The notes: generated from the sequence alone by a model not told the origin. A stretch of 64,000 nucleotides of DNA from Myxococcota bacterium (GCA_040386535.1 JAZKFH010000032.1:224001-288000); one strand, 5' to 3'. Numbered from the stretch's first letter, positions 1 to 10,190 are shown. Numbers and translations are program-made.

Positions 1-1
1 C

Positions 2-1696
2 AAGCTCACCTTGTGGACCTCGACCCAGAACGTGCACTATGTACATCGCGACGTTGCGCGCGTGCTCGGCAAACGGGACGCGGACGTTCGGCTCATCAAG
101 CCCGCGGTCGGCGCCGGCTACGGCGGCAAGTGTGACCCCTTCTGCACCGAGCTGTGCGCGAGCCACCTGGCGCTGACGCTGGGCCGCCCCGTGAAGATCG
201 TCCTCTCCCGCGAGGAGGTCTTCTACGCCCACCGCGGCCGCCACCCGACGAAGATGTGGCTGAAGATGGGCCTGAAGAAGGACGGGACCATCACGGCCAT
301 CGACTTCAAGGCGTGGGCGGACGGCGGCGCGTACTCCAGCTACGGCGTCGTCACCAGCTACTACCTCGGCGTCTTCATGACGCTGCCGTACAAGCTGGAG
401 AACTACCGCTTCGAGACCCACCGGCTCTACACCAACAAGCCCCCGTGCGGCCCCAAGCGCGGCCACGGCGCCATCCAGCCCCGCTTCGCGCTGGAGCTGC
501 ACCTGGACCGCGCGGCCCGCGAGCTCGGGCTCGATCCCGCGGCGTTGCGCGCCCAGCTCTGCATCGAGCCCGGGACCGAGACCATCAACGGCCTCAAGAT
601 CGGCTCGGTCGGGATGAAGGCGTGTATCGACGCCGTGCTCGCCACGAGCGGCTACGCCGAGAAGCGCGGCAAGATGCCGGCGAACCGCGGCATCGGCCTC
701 GCGGTCAGCGCGTACATGTGCGGCGCGTTGCACCCCGTGTATCAGAACGAGCTCTCCCAGTCGGGGGTGCAGCTCAAGGTCGACCGCAGCGGCGAGGTCA
801 CCATCTTCTCCGGCACGGCGGACGTGGGGCAGGGCAGCCAACACATGCTGGCGGTGCTCACCGCGGAACGGCTCGGGATCGACATCGCCGACGTGCGGGT
901 GATCGAGGGCGACACCTCGCTCACCCCCGTCGACCTCGGGTCCTACTCCTCCCGCGTCACCTTCATGGCGGGCAACGCCGCCATCGAGGCCGCCGACGCC
1001 ATCCGCGAGAAGTTGTTCGCCGCGGTCGCGACGAAGCTCGGGTGTGACACAACCGTTCTTGCCGCTCGCGACGGGCGTGTGTTCGTCAAGGAGACGCCTG
1101 AGAAGGGCGTGAGCTTCGTCGACGCGGTGTGGCTCGCCGAGGAGGCCTACGGCCCGCTCGGGAGCACCGGCGGGTACAAGCCGCCGAAGATCGGGAGCCG
1201 CTTCCGCCGCCAGTCGGTCGGGCCCTCCCCGGCCTACTCGTTCACCGCCCAGGTGGCCGAGGTGACCGTGGATCCCGAGACAGGCATCGTCTCCGTCGAC
1301 CGCGTGTGGTGCGCCCACGACTGCGGCCGGGCGCTGAACCGGACCATCGTGGAGGGCCAGATCGAAGGCTGCGTGTACATGGGCGTGGGGGAGGCGCTCT
1401 ACGAGGAGCAGGCCTACCGCAACGGCGTGCTCGTGGCGCCGAGCCTGCTCGAGTACAAGATCCCGACGCTGCACGAGACCCCCGAGATCTTCGTCTCCAT
1501 CGTGGAGACCCACGATCCCGGCGGCCCGTTCGGCGCCAAGGAGGCCGGCGAGGGGCCCCAGCTCTCGACGGTGCCGGCCATCGCGAACGCCATCCAGGAC
1601 GCCACGGGCGTGTTGCTCACCCAGGCGCCGTTCACGCCCGACCGCGTGTTGCGGGCCATCGAGCGCCGCCGCCGCGCCGCCGAGCAGGGGGTCTGA
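2..1696 (+). CDS. hcrA: Xanthine dehydrogenase-family molybdopterin-binding subunit, 4-hydroxybenzoyl-CoA reductase alpha-like (5' truncated by window edge)
   Basis: Motifs GAGYGGK, RGRHP, KRGHG, DVGQGS, GSYSSRVT, VEGQIEG and GPFGAKEAGE. The frame is open from base 2. Confidence 0.8.
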   Translation, partial: KLTLWTSTQNVHYVHRDVARVLGKRDADVRLIKPAVGAGYGGKCDPFCTELCASHLALTLGRPVKIVLSREEVFYAHRGRHPTKMWLKMGLKKDGTITAIDFKAWADGGAYSSYGVVTSYYLGVFMTLPYKLENYRFETHRLYTNKPPCGPKRGHGAIQPRFALELHLDRAARELGLDPAALRAQLCIEPGTETINGLKIGSVGMKACIDAVLATSGYAEKRGKMPANRGIGLAVSAYMCGALHPVYQNELSQSGVQLKVDRSGEVTIFSGTADVGQGSQHMLAVLTAERLGIDIADVRVIEGDTSLTPVDLGSYSSRVTFMAGNAAIEAADAIREKLFAAVATKLGCDTTVLAARDGRVFVKETPEKGVSFVDAVWLAEEAYGPLGSTGGYKPPKIGSRFRRQSVGPSPAYSFTAQVAEVTVDPETGIVSVDRVWCAHDCGRALNRTIVEGQIEGCVYMGVGEALYEEQAYRNGVLVAPSLLEYKIPTLHETPEIFVSIVETHDPGGPFGAKEAGEGPQLSTVPAIANAIQDATGVLLTQAPFTPDRVLRAIERRRRAAEQGV

Positions 1697-2610
1697 TGCT
1701 TCCGTTCGCCCCGTTCTCCCTGGAAACCCCTGATACATGGGCCGCCGCGCACGCGCTGCTCACCGAGCCGGGCGCGCGCCTGGTCGCCGGGGGAACCGAT
1801 CTCCTCCCGTCGATGAAACACCGCATCTTCCGCCCGGGCGTGTTGGTGTCGACACGCCGCCTGCCGGGCCTGCGCGCGGTCGGCGAGACCCCGGACGGTG
1901 GGCTCACGCTTGGCGCCGGGCTCACGCTGCGGGATGTGTCACGCCTGCCCGCCGTTCGCGCCCGATACCCCGCCCTGGCTGCCGCGTGCGCCACGGTCGC
2001 GACGCCGACCATCCAGTCGATGGCGACGCTCGGGGGCAACCTCATGCTCGATACACGCTGCGTGTACTACAACCAGCCCGAAGGCTGGCGGTCCAGCATC
2101 GGCGGATGTCTCAAGTGTGACGGCTCCGTGTGTCACGTTGCACCCAAGGGAAAGGGCTGCTACGCGGCTCACTCTGCTGATACCGTGCCGGTGTTGTGGC
2201 TGTACGGCGCCCGCGTGGTCCTCGCCTCGGCGGCCGGTGAACGCACGATCCGAATGGCCGATTTGTATCAGGACGACGGCATCACGTGGCACGCGTTGCG
2301 GCCGGGCGAGGTCCTCACCCGGGTGCTCCTCCCCCCGCCGACCGCCAGCGTGATCCATCGCAAGGGCCGCACGCGGGCCGCCATCGACTACGGCTACCTC
2401 CTGGTCGCGGCCTCCCGCTCCCCGGGCGGGTATCGGGCCGTGATCAGCGCCGTTGGTCCGCGGCCGATCGAGGTGTCCGGGGGCACGCCGGAGCTGCTCG
2501 CGGAGGCCGCGTTCGCGGCGGTGCAGCCCCTCGGCACGCACCTCCAACCGGCCCCGTGGCGGAAGAAGCTGGTGCGGGTAGAGGTGCGGCGGGCCGCCGA
2601 AGCGCTCTGA
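1696..2610 (+). CDS. hcrB: FAD-binding subunit with [4Fe-4S] Cys insert, 4-hydroxybenzoyl-CoA reductase beta-like
   Basis: AGGTDL and ATLGGNL FAD motifs, plus insert DTRCVYYNQ...CLK...CHV...CYA typical of HcrB. TGATG overlap with the upstream gene. Confidence 0.8.
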   Translation: MLPFAPFSLETPDTWAAAHALLTEPGARLVAGGTDLLPSMKHRIFRPGVLVSTRRLPGLRAVGETPDGGLTLGAGLTLRDVSRLPAVRARYPALAAACATVATPTIQSMATLGGNLMLDTRCVYYNQPEGWRSSIGGCLKCDGSVCHVAPKGKGCYAAHSADTVPVLWLYGARVVLASAAGERTIRMADLYQDDGITWHALRPGEVLTRVLLPPPTASVIHRKGRTRAAIDYGYLLVAASRSPGGYRAVISAVGPRPIEVSGGTPELLAEAAFAAVQPLGTHLQPAPWRKKLVRVEVRRAAEAL

Positions 2611-2620
2611 CCGTGCCTGG

Positions 2621-4918
2621 CTACAGGCCCGTACCGAGCACGAGGTAGGCCGCGCCGGCCTGCGAGCTGACGCCGGAGTCCTCGTAGGGGGCGCCCACCA
2701 TCACGTCTCCCTTGCCGTCACCGTCTGTGTCCCCGACGCCCGCGACGCTGTTGCCCGCGTAGTCGTTGGTCCCCTCGCCGAGGATGCGTGCGTCCGCCCC
2801 GCCGAGCTCGAGGAGGCTCCCGAGCGGGCCGTACACGAGGTAGGCCGCGCCGGCGCCGCTGCCGCCGCTGTCCTCGCGGATGGCCCCCACCAGCACGTCA
2901 TCCTTCCCGTCGCCGTCCATGTCGCCCGCGCCCGCGACCGACCAGCCCGCGTTGTCGCCGGTGCCCTCGCCGATCAGGAGGGCGTCCGCCGAGGCGAGCC
3001 CGAGCGTGCCGCTGATCGGGCCGTGGACCAGGAATGCGGCGCCGGTGTCGACGCCGCCGTAGTCGTAGTTGTAGGCGCCCACGAGCACGTCGGGCGTCCC
3101 GTCGCCGTCGACATCACCTGCCGCGCTGACCGAGGCCCCCGCCGCGTCATCCTCGACCTCGCCGTTGAGCCGAGCGTCGGCGCGCGACAGATCGATCGTG
3201 CCGGTCAGCGGCCCGAACAGCAGGTAGGCGGTGCCCGTGCCGCTGGAAGTGCCCGGCGCGCCGATGAGCACGTCGTCGTAGCCGTCCCCGTCGATGTCCC
3301 CCACGCCCGCCACGGACTGGCCCGCGAAGTCGCCCGAGGCCTCGCCCACCAGGGCCGCGTCCGCGTCCCCCAGGCCCACCGTGCCCCAGCGCGGCCCGTT
3401 CACGAGGTACGCGGCGCCCGCGTAGGCTCCGCCGTCGTTCGCGCCCCAGGCACCGACCAGCACGTCATCCTGCCCGTCCCCGTCGACATCACCCGCCGAG
3501 CCGACCGAGAGCCCGGCCTGGTCCCCCGGTGAGTCGCCGACGAGCACGAGGTCCGCGTCCGCCAGGTCGCGGACGCCCGCCGTGGGGCCGCGCACGAGGT
3601 ACGCCGCGCCCGCGTCCGTGCCGCCGAAGTCGCTGGACCACGCGCCCACGAACACGTCATCGAAGCCGTCCGCGTCTACGTCGCCTGCCGGCGCGACGCT
3701 GTAGCCCGCGCCGTCCCCCGTCGTCTCGCCGAGGAGCACGACCGACGCCGAGGACGAGAACTGCGTGCCGCTGACCGCGCCGAACCAGAGGTAGGCCGCG
3801 CCCGATCCGGCCGCCGCACCCTCGGCGCCCGGCGCGCCCACGAGCACGTCCGCGAGGCCGTCCCCGTCGAAGTCGCCCGCCGCGGAGACGCTCGATCCCA
3901 CCTTGTCGCCCACGCCCTCGCCGCGCAGCTTGGCGTCGGCGATGCCGAGGTCGACCGTGCCGCCGAGGCCGCAGCTGTTGGACGTGCCGTCACAGTCGTT
4001 GTCGAGGCCGTCGTAGCAGATCTCGAGCTCGGCGGGGCTGGTGGCGGTGGTGGTGTCGTCACAGTCGCCCGGGGGCGCGACGTACCCGGAGGGCGCGGCG
4101 CAGGCCCAGGTGACGTCGGCATCGACGCCGTAGCCGTCCCCATCGACATCCCGGTAGAAGGGAAGGAGGACGCCCTCGTCGATGTCGACGTCGCAGTCGT
4201 TGTCGCGGCCGTCACACGTCTCGGCGTTGCCCGGGTACACGTCCCCCGCGGTGTCGTCACAGTCCGTGGCGTCGGAGACCCAGCCCGGCGTACTGATACA
4301 TGCATCGACCTCGATGGATGTATCACCGAAGCCGTCCCCGTCCGCGTCCGCGTAGAACGGGAGGGTCACGCCCTCGTCGATCCGGTCGTCACAGTCGTTG
4401 TCGACCTCGTCGCAGACCTCGATGGCGTCGGGGTTCACCGCGGGATCGCCGTCGTCGCAGTCATCCCCGCGGAGCGCCGCGTTGACGAAGCCGTCCGCGT
4501 CTCCGTCGAGGATCACCACCGTGAAGGCGACCTCGGCGGTGGCGGACTGCCCGGCGGCATCCCGCACGACGGCCTGCACCGTGTAGTCGCCGAGGGCGAG
4601 CGCGGGGATCGCGAACGTCGCCTTGCCATCCACCCCCGGCGCGACGGGGAGTGAGGCGCCGCCTACGTCCCCAGCCCAGCTCAGCGCGAGGGCCTCGAGC
4701 GGGCCATCGTCCCCGGTGAGGATCTCGACGCGAACGTCCTGCCCGGGGGCGATGAGCTCGCCGTCCCGCGGGTCGAGGAAGCTGACGCCGGGTGCAACGT
4801 CGACGGGCGGAGTGTCGGGGCCTGTCCCGGAGTCGTCCGCGTTCGTGTCCGCCGGATCCGTGTCCGTGTCGGAGGGGGCGACGTTCGTACACGCGAGGGT
4901 GAGGGTCAGCAGCAGCAC
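2621..4918 (-). CDS. Lipoprotein with DCDD/C-DG-DNDC metal-binding repeats and FG-GAP (integrin alpha-like) beta-propeller
   Basis: Lipobox-like TLAC. Three DCDD...ExCDxxDNDCD repeats and about 7 AGDxDGDGxxDVLVGA...GAAYL repeats. Confidence 0.9.
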   Translation of the reverse strand: MLLLTLTLACTNVAPSDTDTDPADTNADDSGTGPDTPPVDVAPGVSFLDPRDGELIAPGQDVRVEILTGDDGPLEALALSWAGDVGGASLPVAPGVDGKATFAIPALALGDYTVQAVVRDAAGQSATAEVAFTVVILDGDADGFVNAALRGDDCDDGDPAVNPDAIEVCDEVDNDCDDRIDEGVTLPFYADADGDGFGDTSIEVDACISTPGWVSDATDCDDTAGDVYPGNAETCDGRDNDCDVDIDEGVLLPFYRDVDGDGYGVDADVTWACAAPSGYVAPPGDCDDTTTATSPAELEICYDGLDNDCDGTSNSCGLGGTVDLGIADAKLRGEGVGDKVGSSVSAAGDFDGDGLADVLVGAPGAEGAAAGSGAAYLWFGAVSGTQFSSSASVVLLGETTGDGAGYSVAPAGDVDADGFDDVFVGAWSSDFGGTDAGAAYLVRGPTAGVRDLADADLVLVGDSPGDQAGLSVGSAGDVDGDGQDDVLVGAWGANDGGAYAGAAYLVNGPRWGTVGLGDADAALVGEASGDFAGQSVAGVGDIDGDGYDDVLIGAPGTSSGTGTAYLLFGPLTGTIDLSRADARLNGEVEDDAAGASVSAAGDVDGDGTPDVLVGAYNYDYGGVDTGAAFLVHGPISGTLGLASADALLIGEGTGDNAGWSVAGAGDMDGDGKDDVLVGAIREDSGGSGAGAAYLVYGPLGSLLELGGADARILGEGTNDYAGNSVAGVGDTDGDGKGDVMVGAPYEDSGVSSQAGAAYLVLGTGL

Positions 4919-4941
4919 GGCCGCAGTCTACCCGAACCGTG

Positions 4942-5640
4942 TCAGAGCCGCGAACGCCCCGCGCTCGCTTCGCGAACCCGCAAGGAGGGGTTGGTGCGCC
5001 GCACCTCGTCCAGCGTGGCCGACCGGCCGCCGTAGCTGTGCCCGGGCCAGAGGGTCATCGTGCCGGGGAGCGTCGCGAGGCGCTGGGTGAGCGTGTAGTA
5101 CATCTGCTCGGGGTCGCCCCCGGGCAGGTCGACGCGGCCGCAGCCCTGGCAGAACAACGTGTCGCCCGCGACCAGCGCGTCCCCCACGCGGAAGCAGGAC
5201 GAGCCGGGGGTGTGCCCGGGCGTGTGGAGCCACTCCACCTCGATCTTCCCGACCGATACTTTTTCGCCCGACGCATGTGTCACCAGATCGGTGGTCGACA
5301 GGCCGGTCACCTTGCGGATCCCCTCGGCCTCGAGATCGTGGCAGTGCACCTTGCAGCCCGCGCGCGCGACGAGGCGGCTGGCCCCTTCGAGCGTGAAGCC
5401 GAACATCGAGCCGCCCACGTGATCGGGGTGGTAGTGCGTCGCGAGCGCACCGACGACCTTCATCCCGTCGGCCTCGGCGACATCGACCAGCTCGTCGACC
5501 GCCCACGCCGGATCGACGATGACACATTCGCGTGTGTCACGGTCACCGATCAGGTACACGAGGTTCCCCATCTGCACGCACCCGGGCACGGTGGCGCCGA
5601 AGTCGCGCCCGGCCACGAGCTGCCGGAAGTAGAGGCTCAC
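4942..5640 (-). CDS. Metallo-beta-lactamase fold hydrolase (glyoxalase II-like)
   Basis: THYHPDHVGG, HTPGHTPG, GDTLF, GCGR and PGH motifs. GTG start overlaps the upstream stop (GTGA). Confidence 0.9.
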   Translation of the reverse strand: MSLYFRQLVAGRDFGATVPGCVQMGNLVYLIGDRDTRECVIVDPAWAVDELVDVAEADGMKVVGALATHYHPDHVGGSMFGFTLEGASRLVARAGCKVHCHDLEAEGIRKVTGLSTTDLVTHASGEKVSVGKIEVEWLHTPGHTPGSSCFRVGDALVAGDTLFCQGCGRVDLPGGDPEQMYYTLTQRLATLPGTMTLWPGHSYGGRSATLDEVRRTNPSLRVREASAGRSRL

Positions 5641-6479
5641 TTCGCCTCCACCGGGTGCGCCGGCCGCCCGGTGCCCGTGAACCCGAGCTCGGAGCGGTAG
5701 ATGTGTTCGAGCTTGCTGTGGCTGCGCGCGAACTGGCTGCGCACGAACAACGCCACGCCCCACGTCATGGCCCACACGCGGCGCGGCAGCCCAGGGCGCT
5801 CGGCCGGGGCGAACCCGAGGCGCTGCGCCTGCTTCCACATGCGGGCGCGCACGTAGTCCACGAACCCGGGCAGGTGGGCCAGCACGGGGTGGCCCTTGGC
5901 GCGGGCGGCGAACGCACGAACGATCATCGGGGCGACGGAGAGCTGGAGCTCGAGCAGGCCGTAGTAGGGCGTGCGGAGCCAGGGCATCTCGCCCAGGAGC
6001 CGCATGGTCTCCTTCTCGCCCCAGGCGACGTGCTCCTCTTCTTCGCGACACACGACGAGCAGCTTCTTCTTGATGTCGGCCACGCGCGGGTCGTTGTCCG
6101 GGAGGGTCTGCATCAGCACCTCGCGGAAGATGTCGAGCACCATGCCCTCGCCGAGGGCGTGCTCCATCATGACCTTGAGCGGGTAGTAATTGTTGTGTGC
6201 GGACAGGAGCTTGACCACCCAATGGGCGTCCTGCGGCTCCATGTCCAGCTTGCGGAACACCTCGGCGAACAGCTCGAGGTGGTTCAGCTCCTGGCGGGCC
6301 TGGCGCAGGTAGAACCGGGCCGCTTCGAGCGAGCCCGCCGCGTAGAGCGACTTGCCGCAGTACACGCCGGTGGCCTCACCGTAGAGCACCTGGGAGAGGA
6401 TGAAGCGCACCAGCTCGCGATCGGTGGGATCGGCGAGGTCGAAGGTGGCTCCGCCGAATTCGTAGGGGGGAGCATCCAT
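5637..6479 (-). CDS. Ferritin-like (di-iron carboxylate) domain protein
   Basis: Ligand pattern YGE ... QELNH ... GEG ... EEEH in a helical protein. Confidence 0.75.
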   Translation of the reverse strand: MDAPPYEFGGATFDLADPTDRELVRFILSQVLYGEATGVYCGKSLYAAGSLEAARFYLRQARQELNHLELFAEVFRKLDMEPQDAHWVVKLLSAHNNYYPLKVMMEHALGEGMVLDIFREVLMQTLPDNDPRVADIKKKLLVVCREEEEHVAWGEKETMRLLGEMPWLRTPYYGLLELQLSVAPMIVRAFAARAKGHPVLAHLPGFVDYVRARMWKQAQRLGFAPAERPGLPRRVWAMTWGVALFVRSQFARSHSKLEHIYRSELGFTGTGRPAHPVEAK

Positions 6480-6541
6480 CCCGCAGGAATAGCGCGGCCG
6501 GAGAGCGGCCGCGAGGGCGACCTGGGCGGACGGTGTGCCTC

Positions 6542-7441
6542 CTATGGGGCGGCGAGCGCGCGGGGCGCGAGGTCGAGGGCCTGGAGGCTCTCCCGATCCC
6601 CGTTCAAGCCGGCCAGTTCGTCGGCGGTGAACGGCGTGTCCGACTGCTGCACCACCCCGCGCAGGAACGCCTCGATGGCGCCCTTCGCGGCGTTGCCCTC
6701 GGGGGTGTCGGTGCGCGTGTCCCAGTAGGCGAACAGCAGGATCCGGCGCTCCTCGGGCGTGAGCTCGGTGCGGGCCCAGATGGCGTCGAGATCCCGCGGG
6801 ATGTCCAGGTTCAAGCGGTGCCCGAGCTCACGACGCGCCACCGCGTCGTTCATCGCGCGCACCTTGTCGCGAGTGGAGTCCATCACGTCCGCCGTGACCG
6901 CGCCCATCTTGCGCGGCGACACCAGCAGGCCGCCGACGGAGATGCACGAGGTCGGCATGATGATGCAGAGCAGGTAGGCGGCCGGCGACCCCTGGTCGGA
7001 GAACGAGCGCCCCGGCGCGTGGACCCGCGGCGGCTCCCGCCGGAAGTACACCCACCCATCGTCATGCACGATCACGCGCGGCTTCCACGGGTCCTCGGAG
7101 AGGAACACCGTCCGCTCGTTGCGGCGCAGCCGGCGCACGTAGCCCTCCTTCACGAGGGCCTCGTAGAGCTCGGCGCGCTTGCGAAGCACCTCCTGGCTCT
7201 GCTGGACGTCGATCTCCTCCCCGGCGACGCGGGCGCCGACCGGCGGCGGCAGCGAGTCGCCCTCGGCGGGCTCCTCTGTCGGCGGCGTGGGCTCTACCGG
7301 TGCGACGGGCTCGACCGGCACCGCGGGATCCACCGGCGCCGCGGGGACGACCGCCGGAGAGGCCGGGACCGCGGGTGACGCCGGGGCCGCCGCGGGTTCC
7401 TCCGCGTGGAGCAGGCCGGCGAGCAGGAGGATCGACAACAC
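6542..7441 (-). CDS. Secreted hypothetical protein with Pro/Ala-rich linker
   Basis: Signal peptide-like N-terminus, high-GC codon bias, co-oriented with neighbours. Confidence 0.75.
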   Translation of the reverse strand: MLSILLLAGLLHAEEPAAAPASPAVPASPAVVPAAPVDPAVPVEPVAPVEPTPPTEEPAEGDSLPPPVGARVAGEEIDVQQSQEVLRKRAELYEALVKEGYVRRLRRNERTVFLSEDPWKPRVIVHDDGWVYFRREPPRVHAPGRSFSDQGSPAAYLLCIIMPTSCISVGGLLVSPRKMGAVTADVMDSTRDKVRAMNDAVARRELGHRLNLDIPRDLDAIWARTELTPEERRILLFAYWDTRTDTPEGNAAKGAIEAFLRGVVQQSDTPFTADELAGLNGDRESLQALDLAPRALAAP

Positions 7442-7460
7442 GCTCGCGGCCTAACGCGCC

Positions 7461-8504
7461 TTAGCCCGAGGAGCGAAGCACCCGCTCGGCCTCCGCCCGG
7501 CCCGCACGTGCCGATCGGGCGAGCGAGAGCTGGCCCTGGGCGCGGAACAGGTTGTGGGCCGCGCGCGACGGGAACTTCGCCGCGTTCCAGCCGAAGTAAT
7601 TGTCGTCCCACACGTCGCGGCAGAAGCGCGAGGCGAGCTCCAGCGCGATGCGCTCGGCCGCGCCGGGCAGCGCCTCCCGCTCCTCGGCGGTGAAGGCGCG
7701 CACGCGTTGGTAGCCCTGGATCGCGGCGGCAAACGTGTCGAGGTCGAAGAACGTGTCGGTGTCGTCCTCGCCCTTGGGGTTGCACCAGGAGCGGAACGCG
7801 TCCCCCAGCTCGACGTCGAGCGGCAAGGCGGAGAGCGTGTCGAGGTCGAGCAGGCACACGCCCTGGCCGTGCTCGTCGAACCGGAGGTTGGAGATCTTCA
7901 GGTCGCCGTGGGCGTGCCGGACGGGGAGCGACGCGAGCGGGAACGTGCGCCAGGCGTCGAGGATGCCCTCGGCCACCACGCGGGCCTCCTCGGCGGAGCC
8001 GCCGGCGCCGGACGCCGCGGCCAGCCCCTCCTCGAGCCGCCGCATGTGCAGCGGCGTGTCGTGCGCGCCGGGCCGGACGTGGCGGTAGGACCACTCCAGA
8101 TCGTCGACCGCGGCGTGGAAGCGCGCGACGAGCGCCCCGGCCGCACCGGCGAGCGCCGCGGAGGACACCCGGTGGTGCGTGCGCCCCGGCACGTAGTCCA
8201 TCACGCGGTACACGCCATCGAGCGCGCCCGGCTGGGCCACGACGTGACAGAGCTCACCCGCGTCCGTACGCACGAGCCGGGGCGTGACGAGCCCCTTGCC
8301 GGCGAGGTGGGCGGTGATCGCCTCGATGTCCTGGTGCACCACGGCGCCGAACGCGGGGTGGAGGCGCTGGGCGACCCAGGCCACCGGCTCCCCCGCGTAC
8401 CAGGTGAGGTTGATGAGGCCGCCGTCATCCCCCGGGCGCACGGGCAGCCCACGCAGGACCGACCAGGCGTCGGGGACGGTGGGCGGCGGCCCCCCCGCGA
8501 TCAT
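7461..8504 (-). CDS. Aminoglycoside phosphotransferase/choline kinase-family phosphotransferase
   Basis: GGLINLT, HGDLKISN (Brenner motif) and LDLDT motifs. ATG at 8504 overlaps the upstream stop. Confidence 0.85.
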   Translation of the reverse strand: MIAGGPPPTVPDAWSVLRGLPVRPGDDGGLINLTWYAGEPVAWVAQRLHPAFGAVVHQDIEAITAHLAGKGLVTPRLVRTDAGELCHVVAQPGALDGVYRVMDYVPGRTHHRVSSAALAGAAGALVARFHAAVDDLEWSYRHVRPGAHDTPLHMRRLEEGLAAASGAGGSAEEARVVAEGILDAWRTFPLASLPVRHAHGDLKISNLRFDEHGQGVCLLDLDTLSALPLDVELGDAFRSWCNPKGEDDTDTFFDLDTFAAAIQGYQRVRAFTAEEREALPGAAERIALELASRFCRDVWDDNYFGWNAAKFPSRAAHNLFRAQGQLSLARSARAGRAEAERVLRSSG

Positions 8505-8740
8505 TCGTATTCTTCGGTCTTCTTGCCCATGGAACCGGCCACGAGCAGCACGATCGCCAGGACGCCCGAGAGGCAGCAGCAGGCGCTGCTCCCGTACTGG
8601 ATGGGCACCGAGAGGACGGCGAGGTCGGAAGCGAGGCCCGGCTCCGCGCTGGCGATGGCGCCGTAGATCACGCCCCACGTGAGGGAGAGCGCCAGGAACA
8701 CGAGCGCGAGGCAACCGAAACAACCACCGGCGATTTTCAT
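8501..8740 (-). CDS. Small Cys-rich membrane protein (79 aa)
   Basis: MKIAGGCFGCLALVF..., two hydrophobic segments, ATGA coupling to the downstream kinase. Confidence 0.65.
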   Translation of the reverse strand: MKIAGGCFGCLALVFLALSLTWGVIYGAIASAEPGLASDLAVLSVPIQYGSSACCCLSGVLAIVLLVAGSMGKKTEEYE

Positions 8741-8912
8741 GAAAGCTCCGAAAGAGGCGCAGGCTATACCAGCCGTCGCCAATATCCCATGGTTCGCGTC
8801 AAAATTCGTCCGGAGGCGACAGAAGCGGCCTACGCCCGTACACCTGAGGCTTGTCAAGAGCGGGTCAAGAGGTTTAGGGAGGCGAACACCAGAACTTCGG
8901 AGCGACTCCGCC

Positions 8913-9434
8913 ATGCATCGCCTCTTTTTCCTCCCCCTCCTCCTCATCGTCGCATGCGACGGCTGCAAGAAGAAGATCGTCACGGACGTGACCGGTGAGC
9001 CCACCGAAGCGCCGGTGGAAAAGACGGACGTGAAGAAGGAGACCCCTCCCCCCGTCGCCGAGATGGCCAAGAACTTCGGCCGCGTGTTCTTCGACTTCGA
9101 CGCGGCCACGCTCACGGCCGAGGGCAAGTCCGCGCTCGAGGCGAACGCCGCGATCATGAACGACTACTCGGACATCAAGCTCGAGATCCAGGGCCACGCC
9201 GACGAGCGCGGCACCACCGACTACAACCTCGCCCTCGGCCAGAAGCGCGCCGACGCCGTGGTGCAGTACCTCCTGGCGCGCGGCATCTCGTCGAGCCGCG
9301 TCAAGAGTGTGTCCTACGGTGAGGAGCGCCCCATCGACGGGCAGTCCTCCGAGCGCGCGTGGTCGTCCAACCGTCGCGCCGAGTTCGTGATCACGTGGAG
9401 CGGCGACGCCCCGGTCAAGGGCAGCACCAACTGA
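8913..9434 (+). CDS. pal: Peptidoglycan-associated lipoprotein (OmpA-like domain)
   Basis: FFDFD, IQGHADERGTTDYNLALGQKRA, SYGEERP and NRRAEF motifs, plus a lipoprotein signal. Confidence 0.92.
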   Translation: MHRLFFLPLLLIVACDGCKKKIVTDVTGEPTEAPVEKTDVKKETPPPVAEMAKNFGRVFFDFDAATLTAEGKSALEANAAIMNDYSDIKLEIQGHADERGTTDYNLALGQKRADAVVQYLLARGISSSRVKSVSYGEERPIDGQSSERAWSSNRRAEFVITWSGDAPVKGSTN

Positions 9435-9467
9435 TCGACGGGCCCGTGACGCCAGGCCGATGACGCG

Positions 9468-10190
9468 ATGATCGACACGCACGCCCACCTCGACGACCCG
9501 CGGTTCGACGCCGATCGTGACGCCATGATGGCGCGCGCGGCGGCCGCGGGGGTTCGTGGGGTGGTCGTGCCGGGCGTGATCGAGGCCCAGTGGCCTCGCC
9601 TGCGGGCCCAGGCCCAGCAGTACGGCTGGCGGTTCGGCGTGGGCACGCACCCGCAGTCCCTGCCGGAGAGCCGCGCGGTGCCCCAGGACCTCGACGGCGC
9701 CGATGCGATCGGGGAGTGTGGGCTCGACGGGCCGACCCCCGTGCCGATGGACGAGCAGGTGCTCGTGCTGGCCGCGCACCTCGCGCTCGCCCGCGACGCG
9801 GGCCTGCCTTTGATCCTGCACTGCTTCCGCGCGCACGACCGGATGCTCCCCCTCCTGCGCCGCTACGCCCCACTGCGCGGCGTGATGCACAGCTACTCGG
9901 GTGGCCCCGAGCTGGTAGACGCCTACGTGGCCCTCGGGCTGCACCTGTCCTTCGCGGGGCCGGTCACGTGGGACAACGCCCGCAAGCCGCTCAACGCGCT
10001 CCGCCGCGTCCGGAAGGACCGCCTGCTCGCCGAGACCGACGCCCCCGACCAGTGCCCCCGCCCCCACCGCGGCCGCTCCGAGCCCGCGTTCGTGGTGCAC
10101 GTGATCGAGGCCATGGAGCGGGTGCGGGGCGAGGCGCTGCGGGAGCAGCTGATGGAGAACGCGTGCGCGCTGGGGTGGGGGCCGCGGTAG
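9468..10190 (+). CDS. tatD: TatD-family hydrolase
   Basis: IDTHAHL, GTHP, IGECGLD, LHC, HSYSG and ETDAP motifs. Confidence 0.93.
   Translation: MIDTHAHLDDPRFDADRDAMMARAAAAGVRGVVVPGVIEAQWPRLRAQAQQYGWRFGVGTHPQSLPESRAVPQDLDGADAIGECGLDGPTPVPMDEQVLVLAAHLALARDAGLPLILHCFRAHDRMLPLLRRYAPLRGVMHSYSGGPELVDAYVALGLHLSFAGPVTWDNARKPLNALRRVRKDRLLAETDAPDQCPRPHRGRSEPAFVVHVIEAMERVRGEALREQLMENACALGWGPR

Noticed and set aside
2640..4500. Recurring DNA repeats
   Set aside because: Explained by FG-GAP and DCDD protein repeats.
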